A stretch of 64,000 nt of DNA, taken from the IMG/VR virus record IMGVR_UViG_3300030108_003783, positions 32,001-96,000 of that record; one strand, 5' to 3'. This stretch comes from a virus. The notes below the pieces were generated by a model. The model was given only the letters and a program-made list of their open reading frames with translations, was not told where the DNA came from and made no database searches. Both the position numbers and the translations under genes were made by a program. Positions 50,757-59,706 of the stretch are shown piece by piece; position 1 is the first letter of the stretch; the number at the start of each line of letters is the position of its first letter.

Positions 50757-51195
50757 AACTTTCGGTTATAAAGCTCCAATCTCCAAAAGACAAAAGAAAC
50801 TAGATGAGACATATATTAAAATGGCTGAAATCTGGTCAAAACAATCTCATTGCGAAAGAGCTCAAGTTGGAGCATTAATAGTTAAAGACAAAATGATAAT
50901 CTCAGACGGATATAATGGAATGCCATCTGGCTTTAAAAACACTTGTGAAATGGGAGATTCAACAAGATGGGAAGTTTTACATGCAGAAGCAAATGCAATT
51001 TTAAAATGTGCTAAACATGGTAAATCTTGCGATGGAGCTACATTATATTTAACTATGAGTCCATGTAGAGATTGTAGTAAATTAATACATCAAGCAGGCA
51101 TTATTCGAGTTGTATACAAAGATGAATATAGAGAAAGAGCTGGTATTGATTTTTTACAATCTGCTGGCGTAATTGTTGATAAAATATTTGGATAA
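50716..51195 (+). CDS. dCMP deaminase
   Basis: SHC..QVGA, GYNGMP, HAEANA, SPCRDC. Confidence 0.92.
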   Translation: MAKKRTLDELRQSKTFGYKAPISKRQKKLDETYIKMAEIWSKQSHCERAQVGALIVKDKMIISDGYNGMPSGFKNTCEMGDSTRWEVLHAEANAILKCAKHGKSCDGATLYLTMSPCRDCSKLIHQAGIIRVVYKDEYRERAGIDFLQSAGVIVDKIFG

Positions 51196-51218
51196 GTCGC
51201 AAAATTTTCTTATATTTA
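51187..51218 (+). promoter_or_regulatory. early promoter overlapping the upstream stop
   Basis: TTTGGATAAGTC...TATATTTA. Confidence 0.8.
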
Positions 51219-51237
51219 TATTATATAAGAGGAAAAC

Positions 51238-51399
51238 ATGATAACGTATTTATTAATAGGTATATTGCTAATGTGGATAATAGAGATAGGCTCACCTTAT
51301 CTTTGGACCATTCAAGAAAGAATCGGTATAATTTTACTTTGGCCTTTTGCTGCAATGATTATGCTAAACGCACTTTGGAAGAGATTTAATGATGAATGA
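51238..51399 (+). CDS. small 2-TM protein, 53 aa (not in ORF track)
   Basis: MITYLLIGILLMWIIE...IILLWPF. Confidence 0.55.
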   Translation: MITYLLIGILLMWIIEIGSPYLWTIQERIGIILLWPFAAMIMLNALWKRFNDE

Positions 51400-51523
51400 A
51401 ATAGATAAACTAAAGATAAAAATAGTTAATTCTAAATTAGCAAATAAACCTTTTGGATACATCAGAATGTTACAACAAAAATTAGATAAACTAATAAGGG
51501 CCAAAAAAGATGGGACATTATGA
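51392..51523 (+). CDS. small hypothetical, 43 aa (not in ORF track)
   Basis: MNEIDKLKIKIVNSKL...; overlaps both neighbours. Confidence 0.45.
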   Translation: MNEIDKLKIKIVNSKLANKPFGYIRMLQQKLDKLIRAKKDGTL

Positions 51524-51707
51524 AGATTTATTTTACGAAATTACAGAATCTTTAAATAATTTAGGATTGAGACAACAATTCGATGATCAACTAGAAAAGA
51601 TGAGATATCAAGATAAACATCGTTATAAAGAAACCCGAGATAAATGGGATTATGCATATAATAAAGTTATAAAAAAATATGAAAACAAAAGAAATAAAAA
51701 AATTTAA
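51510..51707 (+). CDS. hypothetical protein
   Basis: 65 aa. Confidence 0.65.
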   Translation: MGHYEDLFYEITESLNNLGLRQQFDDQLEKMRYQDKHRYKETRDKWDYAYNKVIKKYENKRNKKI

Positions 51708-52071
51708 AAGACGCAGAGCACTAGTCTGCAAGATGGTAAGAAAATCTGTATCCAATCCAGAATACTTTAGATATGAAGTAACAGTTGGAGAATTAGATGG
51801 AACAATTACTAAGCACCCAGTTTATGGGAAAGATATGCAAGACGCAATATCAAGGCTTATCAATAAAGAAAGAACCGAAAAGATAGAAAAGAAAATGGAA
51901 AAGAATCCATTAATATTCTTTTTAATATGGATGCTCGTAATGGCTATTCCAGTTATATGGCACGGAGATCTGACTTATACTCCTTGGTTCATATTATACA
52001 TGTTTGCAACTTTTACTGCAATGTTTGCATTTGCAGGATGGTGGCAAAGTTATTTAGAAAAAGGAAAATAA
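51679..52071 (+). CDS. membrane protein with two C-terminal TM segments
   Basis: 130 aa. Confidence 0.7.
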   Translation: MKTKEIKKFKRRRALVCKMVRKSVSNPEYFRYEVTVGELDGTITKHPVYGKDMQDAISRLINKERTEKIEKKMEKNPLIFFLIWMLVMAIPVIWHGDLTYTPWFILYMFATFTAMFAFAGWWQSYLEKGK

Positions 52072-52305
52072 ATGAAAATATCAACAGCATTAGCAGTATT
52101 AGGATTAGCAATATTCTTCATACTAATATTAGTATTAGAAATCATGTCAGCACCTACAGCTGAAGACAATGAAGATGGAACAGAAAAAATACCACCACTA
52201 ACAAGAGAACAAGAAAGATATCAATTTGCATCAAAGATGTGTTTTTATGGTATATTAGGTATGGTATTCACAATAGTAATAACAGCATTAGAATCTTGCA
52301 ATTAA
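52072..52305 (+). CDS. 2-TM membrane protein
   Basis: 77 aa. Confidence 0.65.
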   Translation: MKISTALAVLGLAIFFILILVLEIMSAPTAEDNEDGTEKIPPLTREQERYQFASKMCFYGILGMVFTIVITALESCN

Positions 52306-52362
52306 CCCCACGCGTATATAATAACTTGGTTGCGCAATAGGTGCAAGCACCAGATAAAAATT

Positions 52363-52551
52363 ATGAAAAGTGTAAAGATAAAATTTTCTCAACCCGTTAA
52401 GTTAAATAAGGATGATGCCGTAAAGGAAGTTATAGTTGATGGTGATGGACATAACACAATTGAAAGAAATGTACAATATGTATTGTGTAATGCAATGAGT
52501 GATATGAAATATCAAGGACTAAAATCATTTACAGTAGAATATATAGATTAA
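52363..52551 (+). CDS. hypothetical protein
   Basis: Start moved to ATG 52363; a hairpin at 52327-52352 lies upstream. Confidence 0.6.
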   Translation: MKSVKIKFSQPVKLNKDDAVKEVIVDGDGHNTIERNVQYVLCNAMSDMKYQGLKSFTVEYID

Positions 52552-52552
52552 T

Positions 52553-52876
52553 ATGAAAAGAAAAGTTTGGACAGTAGAAAACAGTGATATTCATGGAAAA
52601 GGAATACATGCAATCATGGATATAGCAAAAGAACAATCGCTAGGCATTGCATATACATTAATAGGAAAAGTAAACGACAATCATATTGCAGGAGAAATAC
52701 ATGAACTTGGAATGTATGTAAATCACAGTAAAATGCCTTCAGCACAACCAAGATTATCAGGAACATCAGTGATACTGGTGTCATTGCATAAAATTAAATC
52801 GCAATCAGAAATAACAGTTAATTACAACGATTTTGTAAAATTAGGAATAGTAAATTTAGAGAGACCATCATGGTAA
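52553..52876 (+). CDS. SET-domain protein
   Basis: SDIHGKGIHA, YVNHSKMP, IKSQSEITVNY. Confidence 0.8.
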   Translation: MKRKVWTVENSDIHGKGIHAIMDIAKEQSLGIAYTLIGKVNDNHIAGEIHELGMYVNHSKMPSAQPRLSGTSVILVSLHKIKSQSEITVNYNDFVKLGIVNLERPSW

Positions 52877-53064
52877 ATTGGAATTCAAAAAAACATGCTT
52901 ATACACCAATACACACAGACAGTGTAAAAGACATGGCAAGAAAAGCAAAGTATCTTCAATCATTGGGTATTAGTATAGACAGTATAGCAATCATGCTTGA
53001 TCGCAGTAAATCTCGGGTATACGAGTACCTGAAGCCTCAATTAAATAATACACACAAGCTATAG
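52870..53064 (+). CDS. small helix-turn-helix protein
   Basis: GISIDSIAIMLDRSKSRVYEYL. Confidence 0.75.
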   Translation: MVNWNSKKHAYTPIHTDSVKDMARKAKYLQSLGISIDSIAIMLDRSKSRVYEYLKPQLNNTHKL

Positions 53065-53269
53065 GTAATGGCGTTTATTATATAAGAGTATAGCTATATA
53101 TGAATATACAAAGGCTGAAAATAATTTGCTAAATAATCTAAAAATGCTGGGCCGTGTGTCCCGAGAATAGCTTTTTTTTGCCGGCTAACACAGTTATTTT
53201 AGGCCCAAATAGGCTAAGGCCATACGGGATACCAAGGTCATACACACGCTTATATGAGCTAATACACCG

Positions 53270-53346
53270 ATGCCAAATTGTCATAGAGGTTTTGACAAAT
53301 TGTCACCTAAAAAATTTTTTTATGTCGAAAATTTTTCTTATATTTA
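53270..53346 (+). promoter_or_regulatory. variant early promoter with two G(A/C)CAAATTGTC palindromes
   Basis: ATGCCAAATTGTCAT at 53270, TGACAAATTGTCA at 53293; TTTTTTTATGTC...TATATTTA. Confidence 0.75.
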
Positions 53347-53371
53347 TATATAAATTAAAACATTCATCACT

Positions 53372-53557
53372 ATGACAAACGTATTTGCTTTAATCGGTGC
53401 TACCTTATCTTTCTTTACTGCGTATCTTACAGGTACTGGAAAGATCTTACAAATAATTTCTTTTGCTGATCCTTTAAATGAAATGGGATTCTTTATTGCT
53501 TGTATTATGCTTGGCACTTGTTGTTTATTTTCAATTGAAACTAAAAAGAATTGTTAA
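53372..53557 (+). CDS. small 2-TM early protein
   Basis: 61 aa, hydrophobic. Confidence 0.65.
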   Translation: MTNVFALIGATLSFFTAYLTGTGKILQIISFADPLNEMGFFIACIMLGTCCLFSIETKKNC

Positions 53558-53628
53558 TAACTTTACTAATATTGTTAATAACTAACCGCTAAAATATTTG
53601 GATATGTCGAATATTTGTCTTATATTTA
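53552..53628 (+). promoter_or_regulatory. early promoter with two TGTTAATAAC boxes
   Basis: Boxes at 53552 and 53573; TTTG at 53597. Confidence 0.8.
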
Positions 53629-53656
53629 TACTATAATTAATTAAACACTACACTAC

Positions 53657-54856
53657 ATGAAGTACATTTTAAAAATTAATGATGTTACCGAAACAGTAAA
53701 CTGCTCTGTTGGTAAACATACATTTAGCTTTCCTCAACCGTTAGCTATTAAAAAAGCAAAAGCAGCTTTAAGAAAAGGCAACAACTTAACCGTTGATGCT
53801 ACTACTATAGAGTCTAAAGCTTTTGGGACTAGCTCTCAAAAAGTTAGCACATTCAAAAAAGTTCCAAAGGACTTAGAGCCTTTCTGGAACGAATATACTC
53901 CTCCGGTTAATCAAGAACATGCAGATATGATGTCATTCATACACAATGATTCTGTTGCTCTTAGACCTTCGCTATTAATGCTACCAGATCTTAAATGGAA
54001 ATATTTAATAAGGTCTGCAATGAGAGGAAAGAATATTATGATGACTGGAGCTGCTGGTTCCGGTAAAACAATGGCCGCTAAGGCACTGGCTAATTCATTA
54101 GATAGACCAGAGTTCTATTTCAATCTAGGTGCTACTCAAGATCCTAGAGCTACATTAGTTGGTAATACTCACTTCTCTAAAGATTCAGGGACTTTCTTCT
54201 CAGAGAGCTCTTTCGTCAAAGCTATTCAAACACCTGATGCTATTATTCTACTAGACGAGTTATCAAGAGCTCACCCTGAAGCTTGGAATATACTAATGAC
54301 AGTATTAGACCCAGGTCAAAGATACTTAAGATTAGATGAAGCAAAGGACTCACCTACTATTCAGGTTGCTAAGGGAGTTTGCTTTATCGCTACTGCTAAT
54401 ATAGGAAATGAATATACCTCAACAAGAGTTATAGATAGAGCCTTATTAGACAGATTTACAATTATTGAAATGGACCTTCTTTCAAAAGAAAAAGAAGAAA
54501 GCCTTTTACTTCAAATGTTTCCAGAAGCAGACAAAGACATGATTGCTAATATAGCTTCCATAGTATCTGCTACTAGAGATGAAATGAAAACTGAAATACC
54601 ACGTATTAGTACATCAGTTTCAACAAGAGCTTCAGTTGAATTTGCTTCTTTATGTTATGATGGCTTCTCACTCGAGGAAGCTGCATCGGTTACAGTATAT
54701 CCATTATACGATGATGCTGGTGGTCTTGATTCTGAAAGAACATTCATCAAACAGCTAGTTCAAAAGTTCATACCTGCTAATACGGATGAAAATTTATTTA
54801 ATACTGAGTCTGAAGAGGAATTATTCACTGAAGACGATATAAATCAAACAAGTTAA
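53657..54856 (+). CDS. MoxR/CobS-like AAA+ ATPase
   Basis: GAAGSGKT, ILLDELSR, FIATANIG, DRALLDRF, STR. Confidence 0.9.
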   Translation: MKYILKINDVTETVNCSVGKHTFSFPQPLAIKKAKAALRKGNNLTVDATTIESKAFGTSSQKVSTFKKVPKDLEPFWNEYTPPVNQEHADMMSFIHNDSVALRPSLLMLPDLKWKYLIRSAMRGKNIMMTGAAGSGKTMAAKALANSLDRPEFYFNLGATQDPRATLVGNTHFSKDSGTFFSESSFVKAIQTPDAIILLDELSRAHPEAWNILMTVLDPGQRYLRLDEAKDSPTIQVAKGVCFIATANIGNEYTSTRVIDRALLDRFTIIEMDLLSKEKEESLLLQMFPEADKDMIANIASIVSATRDEMKTEIPRISTSVSTRASVEFASLCYDGFSLEEAASVTVYPLYDDAGGLDSERTFIKQLVQKFIPANTDENLFNTESEEELFTEDDINQTS

Positions 54857-55005
54857 TCATGTAGTGATGATTGATCCGAAGAGAGCTTACAGCCCCCAAA
54901 AAAGTTTTTTGTAAGCTACTCTTTGGGTTGTATAGGGGAGGGCGTTAGGCCGTTTATATGCCGAGCTCCAATTTTTTACCCGGGGAATTTACTTTCCACC
55001 ACTAT
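54857..55005 (+). ncRNA. candidate structured non-coding element
   Basis: GC-rich intergenic region with stems ATCCGAAGAG-AGCTTACA/TGTAAGCT-a-CTCTTTGGGT and GGAG-GGCGT/ATGCC-CTCC. Confidence 0.4.
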
Positions 55006-55045
55006 AAGTAATACTTAATAAAATAATATACTAAATAATATACGC

Positions 55046-55300
55046 ATGCTAAATAATAAAATACACGAGAAAAGGAAGTACAGAGTAGAAGGAATATTTT
55101 GGATACCAGGATATAAAGACTTTGATTTCCACGATTTCGAAATAGAAGCTTACAATAAGCGTCAAGCAAAAGCAAAAGCTAAATTACATCCTATGTGGCA
55201 ATTGGCTAAGAAGCCACCTGCGATTAGCAGGATATACACTAACCATGAAATACTAGAAAGCATGGCGGATGATTATTGTAATTCAGATATAAACAGATAA
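55046..55300 (+). CDS. hypothetical protein
   Basis: 84 aa. Confidence 0.65.
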   Translation: MLNNKIHEKRKYRVEGIFWIPGYKDFDFHDFEIEAYNKRQAKAKAKLHPMWQLAKKPPAISRIYTNHEILESMADDYCNSDINR

Positions 55301-55310
55301 TAAAATTAAT

Positions 55311-55574
55311 ATGAAAAAAACTACTGCACAATACCTATTCGATAAATTTGAAAAGCTGGAAACAGCATTAAAAGCACAGGGAGAATCAAACCCTGAATGG
55401 TTAAACAATGCCCTACTTGTATTTAATAAACATATACAATTAGATACCATGAAGCAATGCTCTGATGCTTTACATGCTCAATACGATTTTGCAGCTTTTG
55501 GTACCCTTAGAGATTACATGGTTAAAGCTAATTCTTTATGGAAAGAAGTTAGAGTACATCCTATGTTTAAGTAA
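55311..55574 (+). CDS. hypothetical protein
   Basis: 87 aa. Confidence 0.65.
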   Translation: MKKTTAQYLFDKFEKLETALKAQGESNPEWLNNALLVFNKHIQLDTMKQCSDALHAQYDFAAFGTLRDYMVKANSLWKEVRVHPMFK

Positions 55575-55774
55575 TGATTAATTACAAGGTTATTAATATA
55601 AACGGTAAGCTTTACAAGATCAAGCGTATATTGCCTGTGAAACGTATAAAGATGATTGATGGCTGGGCTGAAGTTCTGCGAACCCTTTATGTTGCCGATA
55701 TTATATTTAAGCAAAAAGATCAATTGTATATATGCGAAAACATAGATGACATAGATTACGACCCTATACCCTAA
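55574..55774 (+). CDS. hypothetical protein
   Basis: 66 aa; followed by a CGCGCTA/TAGCGCG hairpin. Confidence 0.65.
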   Translation: MINYKVININGKLYKIKRILPVKRIKMIDGWAEVLRTLYVADIIFKQKDQLYICENIDDIDYDPIP

Positions 55775-55955
55775 CGCGCTAACCAAGTAGTTAATAATAG
55801 CGCGGGGGAAATTTAACATAAAATTAATATACTGTTAACATACCGATATGAAAGAAAATATATTTATTAATATGAAAAGTAAACCAATAGATATTACACC
55901 TGTGATTTACATAGTCATTATGGCTATTGTATTTACTTTAGGTATTTTATAATAA

Positions 55956-56051
55956 GACAAATTGTCATATGCAATTGTTAATAACTTTTGCAAAAGTGGA
56001 CAAATTGTCATATAAAATATTTGGATAAGTCGTATTTTTTGATTATATTTA
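55956..56051 (+). promoter_or_regulatory. early promoter with both box types
   Basis: GACAAATTGTC at 55956 and 55999, TGTTAATAAC at 55976, TTTG at 56020. Confidence 0.8.
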
Positions 56052-56081
56052 TATATAAATAATTAACTAATACTTACTACT

Positions 56082-56393
56082 ATGACCTATTTAAAATCAT
56101 TACCTACTCTTACCGTTAAAGAACAACAATCAGCAATAACTAATTTAGTTGTTAATTTTTTAAAAGAGCTAGGGTTTGAATATCTCGATTCCGATTATGG
56201 AAGAGATCATATCTTTGAAAATTCAAATGGCGATCAACTTACTTTCTATGCTGGTTACTTCGGTGCTAATTCTGAACCTTCTATTTTAGGGAATTGGTAC
56301 AACGGAGATGACATTGATCCTTCAGCTGAGGAAGCTGTTAATCAAGTTGACACTTATCTTTCAGAACTTAAAAAATCAATCTTAAATAAATAA
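56082..56393 (+). CDS. hypothetical acidic early protein
   Basis: 103 aa. Confidence 0.7.
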   Translation: MTYLKSLPTLTVKEQQSAITNLVVNFLKELGFEYLDSDYGRDHIFENSNGDQLTFYAGYFGANSEPSILGNWYNGDDIDPSAEEAVNQVDTYLSELKKSILNK

Positions 56394-56396
56394 AAT

Positions 56397-56807
56397 ATGA
56401 ATTTCGAAATTAAAGACGATCTTATATACTCTGACTATCTTAATAGCTGGGTATTCATTGAAGACTATCTACTAATGATAGTAAACGATGCTGCTGAAAC
56501 AATGAAGTCTTCAGCTACATTAAAATTTGTTTCTGCTAGCGATTCAGATGGTAATCGTTGGAAGTATCCCACTATTGGAGTTTCTAATTCTCATCAAGCC
56601 GAATTGGTTTGTCAGTCTTTGCTAGACCAAGGTATTACAGCTCAGGTTGATCTTTATGAAGATGATGATGGTTATCCTGGTCAGCTAAGACAGATCTGGT
56701 CTGTTACTATTCCAGATATGGTATTCAAAGATATTAATCTACCCAATTACGTAGACGACACAGTTTACAAATGGGATTCTGAAACAATGTCCTATGTTAC
56801 CTGTTAA
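56397..56807 (+). CDS. hypothetical acidic early protein
   Basis: 136 aa. Confidence 0.7.
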   Translation: MNFEIKDDLIYSDYLNSWVFIEDYLLMIVNDAAETMKSSATLKFVSASDSDGNRWKYPTIGVSNSHQAELVCQSLLDQGITAQVDLYEDDDGYPGQLRQIWSVTIPDMVFKDINLPNYVDDTVYKWDSETMSYVTC

Positions 56808-56868
56808 TAACTTGTTTAAAAGTTTCTCTCTTTTTATTTGGATATGTCAAATAAATTTCTTATATTTA
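56802..56868 (+). promoter_or_regulatory. early promoter with TGTTAATAAC box
   Basis: Box at 56802 supplies the upstream stop codon; TTTG at 56837. Confidence 0.8.
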
Positions 56869-56893
56869 ACTATAATTTAAAAATCACTACTAT

Positions 56894-57118
56894 ATGGCAC
56901 AATGCATTAAATGTTTAGGACCTATGCCTCAAGGTCGATTAGATCTAGGATATAAGGTTTGCGTCAATTGCTCTACAACACAAGCATACAGTTGTATTGC
57001 AATCACCAATCACAAGACTGGTAATAATATACAAATAGTTTCTCAAGCTACTGCTTCTGCTTTTCGCAAAGCAACGCAAAGAAAGGGCTATGGTATTATG
57101 GCTGGCGTTAAAGGATAA
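56894..57118 (+). CDS. DksA/TraR-like C4 zinc-finger protein
   Basis: CIKCLGPMPQGRL..GYKVCVNC. Confidence 0.7.
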   Translation: MAQCIKCLGPMPQGRLDLGYKVCVNCSTTQAYSCIAITNHKTGNNIQIVSQATASAFRKATQRKGYGIMAGVKG

Positions 57119-57119
57119 T

Positions 57120-57227
57120 ATGAAAGGTTGTTTAACTATATTACTATTCGGTTTCCTTATTGGTACAGGTCAATGGCTTTTATTTTTTATTTGCCTTTGG
57201 CTTTTATCAATTTGTGATTGCGATTAA
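57120..57227 (+). CDS. 35-aa membrane peptide (not in ORF track)
   Basis: MKGCLTILLFGFLIGTGQWLLFFICLWLLSICDCD*. Confidence 0.45.
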   Translation: MKGCLTILLFGFLIGTGQWLLFFICLWLLSICDCD

Positions 57228-57230
57228 TTT

Positions 57231-57304
57231 GGACCGGTAGCTCAGCTGGATAGAGCATTAGCCTTCTAAGCTAACGGTCGAAGGTTCGAATCCTTCCCGG
57301 TTCA
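57231..57304 (+). tRNA. tRNA-Arg(UCU)
   Basis: Full cloverleaf: GGACCGG/CCGGTTC, GCTC/GAGC, TTAGC-CTTCTAA-GCTAA, GAAGG-TTCGAAT-CCTTC; CCA not encoded. Confidence 0.96.
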
Positions 57305-57328
57305 CTAACTTAAAATAAAATTACTACT

Positions 57329-58645
57329 ATGAATAAATTTAACGAAAACGGAAAAATGATTTACCACCACCCATGGAGAATGCTCCAGCACTTTGTAGAA
57401 GACATGAAAGGTACAACTTCTACATTAAAGAAAAAAGAAATAATTGAAAGATACTCTGAAAATGAGTTTGTAAAGAAATGTCTAAGATATACTCTTGACC
57501 CATTCAAGATGTATTATGTTACTAGTAAAAATATTAAAAAGCTAGGGGAGAAATATCGTTCAGCTGAAGCTTATGAAAATATATTTGAGCTATTAGACGA
57601 TTTAGATAAAAGAGTTATCACTGGCCACGAGGCAATATCAGAGGTAAATGCTTTTTGCGAAAACAAAGAAAAATTCGTTACAGATCTTGTTCATTCTATT
57701 ATAGACAAGAATCTTCAAATCAGAGCTAATGCTAAATTGATAAACAAAGTAATTCCTGGATTGATTCCTACATTCGAGTTAGCTCTTGCCAATTCTTATG
57801 ATCCTAAACATGTAAACTTACAAGAAGAAACTTGGTTAGCTTCTAGAAAATTAGATGGCGTTAGATGTATTGCTATCTGCGATTCTAATGGTAACGTTAA
57901 GTTACATTCTAGAGCTGGTAAAGAATTTGATACATTAGATAATGTTAAAAAAGAATTAATTCAGATAATGAAACCTAATACTGTATGGGATGGAGAGATT
58001 TGTATTTTAGATAAAGAGGGTAATGAATCTTTCCAAGGTATTATGAAAGAGATACGTAGAAAAGATCATACTATACCAAACCCTACATTTTTAGTTTTCG
58101 ATACTTTAACATTGGAAGAATTTAATTCTGGTACAAGCACTAGGAAGCTGTCAGAAAGACAATTAATTACGCTTAAAGGTTTCGATACTTTACAAGCTTT
58201 GGAAATGACTAAAGTAGATAGCTTTGAACAAATACAATCAATGGCTGATGAAGCAGATTCATTAGGGCACGAAGGTATTATGATTCGTAAAGATTGTGAA
58301 TACAAAGGTAAGCGTTCTAATGATATTCTTAAAGTAAAGAAAATGCACGATGAAGAATATGAAATAGTTGGTTTTGATTTTGCTGATCATAGGGTTATTG
58401 AAAATGGCAAAGAAGTAAAAGAAAGAATGCTATCTCAAATATACATTGAGCACAAAGGAAACAAGGTTGGAGTTGGATCTGGCTTTTCAAAAGAGCAAAG
58501 AAGATACTACACTAAAAACTTTGATGAGCTTACAGGAAAGACAGCTACTATCCAGTACTTTGAAGAAACCTTAAACGAGGATGGACTATACTCTTTAAGA
58601 TTCCCAGTTGTAAAACATATATACAACAACGGTAGAAATTGTTAA
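57329..58645 (+). CDS. ATP-dependent DNA ligase
   Basis: RKLDGVR, WDGEI, FLVFD, EGIMIR, KVK, VGSGF, SLRFP. Confidence 0.93.
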   Translation: MNKFNENGKMIYHHPWRMLQHFVEDMKGTTSTLKKKEIIERYSENEFVKKCLRYTLDPFKMYYVTSKNIKKLGEKYRSAEAYENIFELLDDLDKRVITGHEAISEVNAFCENKEKFVTDLVHSIIDKNLQIRANAKLINKVIPGLIPTFELALANSYDPKHVNLQEETWLASRKLDGVRCIAICDSNGNVKLHSRAGKEFDTLDNVKKELIQIMKPNTVWDGEICILDKEGNESFQGIMKEIRRKDHTIPNPTFLVFDTLTLEEFNSGTSTRKLSERQLITLKGFDTLQALEMTKVDSFEQIQSMADEADSLGHEGIMIRKDCEYKGKRSNDILKVKKMHDEEYEIVGFDFADHRVIENGKEVKERMLSQIYIEHKGNKVGVGSGFSKEQRRYYTKNFDELTGKTATIQYFEETLNEDGLYSLRFPVVKHIYNNGRNC

Positions 58646-58705
58646 TAACTTTTTCAAAATAGTCCTCAAAAAATTTCGATAAGTCGATTTTTTTGATTAT
58701 ATTTA
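58640..58705 (+). promoter_or_regulatory. early promoter (TTTC variant) with TGTTAATAAC box
   Basis: Box at 58640; TTTCGATAAGTC...TATATTTA. Confidence 0.75.
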
Positions 58706-58730
58706 TATATAAATAATTAACTAATAATAA

Positions 58731-59210
58731 ATGACAAATAAGAAAATTTTATACATTGATATGGATGGAGTCCTTTGTGACTTCGATAGTAAAGCTGCTA
58801 TGTCACCAAAACATATCAAAGATAAATATGGTGATAATCTTCATCGAGTTCCTGGGTTCTATAGAGATCTCCAACCTCTGCCAGGTGCAATTAAAGCTTA
58901 CAAAGAATTATGCAAACACTATGATGTTTATATTGCTTCAACACCAAGTTGGAGTAATCCTTCATGCTGGATAGATAAGAGACTTTGGGTTCAACAATAT
59001 CTCGGACAAGATGCTTACAAAAAGCTTATACTAACAAGTAACAAAGGGTTACTTAAAGGTACTGATGATGAGGGTGAACCTTATACATTAATCGACGACA
59101 ATACATGGAATGGAGTTGAAGATTTCCAAGGAGATCATATACACTTCGGAACTGATGTCAATGCTATGAACTGGGACGATGTCCTTAAATTACTTTTGCC
59201 TAATGTTTAG
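58731..59210 (+). CDS. 5'(3')-deoxyribonucleotidase (HAD, NT5C-like)
   Basis: IDMDGVLCDF, PGAI, KRLWV, LIDD. Confidence 0.88.
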   Translation: MTNKKILYIDMDGVLCDFDSKAAMSPKHIKDKYGDNLHRVPGFYRDLQPLPGAIKAYKELCKHYDVYIASTPSWSNPSCWIDKRLWVQQYLGQDAYKKLILTSNKGLLKGTDDEGEPYTLIDDNTWNGVEDFQGDHIHFGTDVNAMNWDDVLKLLLPNV

Positions 59211-59706
59211 ATCTTGGACTACAGAAGAAATATTATTATTAGATCAAGCTGTTAAGAATCACTTAACTACTGAAGATATTTATGAGCTTGCTAAATTGAT
59301 TGATAGATCATATCAAGCAACTAGAAAGAAAATATTAGAGATTGCTAATATCATTCCTTCTAGCAGATTAGTTAAAGTGTTAAGAAGGAATGGTCAGTTA
59401 ACTTATGATGAAACCTCAGATTTTCCTAAAGATATAGATCATAGTTATATACCACCTGTAATATTCAATGATGTTCTTAAAATGCGCAAGAAGAAGCTTA
59501 AACCAGGCGACAAGGTGTTGATCCGAACGATAGAACAAATTAAAGGTATGACAGAGTTTGAAACTGATGGTGCTTTCAATTATGCTGATAAAATTATTAC
59601 GGTCGGATTGGTTTCTGGTAAATCTTTTTATGCAATAGAAGATGACAATGATTATCCTATAAGGTTCCATTTAGATTTAGTTAAAGATATTTATTATAAA
59701 GTATGA
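59203..59706 (+). CDS. hypothetical protein (HTH-like N-terminus, KOW/SH3-like C-terminus)
   Basis: WTTEE...ELAKLIDRS; LKPGDKVLIR. Confidence 0.6.
   Translation: MFRSWTTEEILLLDQAVKNHLTTEDIYELAKLIDRSYQATRKKILEIANIIPSSRLVKVLRRNGQLTYDETSDFPKDIDHSYIPPVIFNDVLKMRKKKLKPGDKVLIRTIEQIKGMTEFETDGAFNYADKIITVGLVSGKSFYAIEDDNDYPIRFHLDLVKDIYYKV

Noticed and set aside
53180-53235. Possible twister ribozyme (CTAACACAG...GGCCCAA)
   Set aside because: The P2/P4 stems and pseudoknot partners could not be built; the resemblance is superficial.
53154-53375. 73-aa GTG-start ORF
   Set aside because: It runs across operators and a promoter and has atypical composition; the region is more likely non-coding.
46570-54856. 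CobS/CobT as cobalamin biosynthesis supporting NrdJ
   Set aside because: No CobN or other cob genes here; phage MoxR/vWA pairs are better read as chaperone-like.
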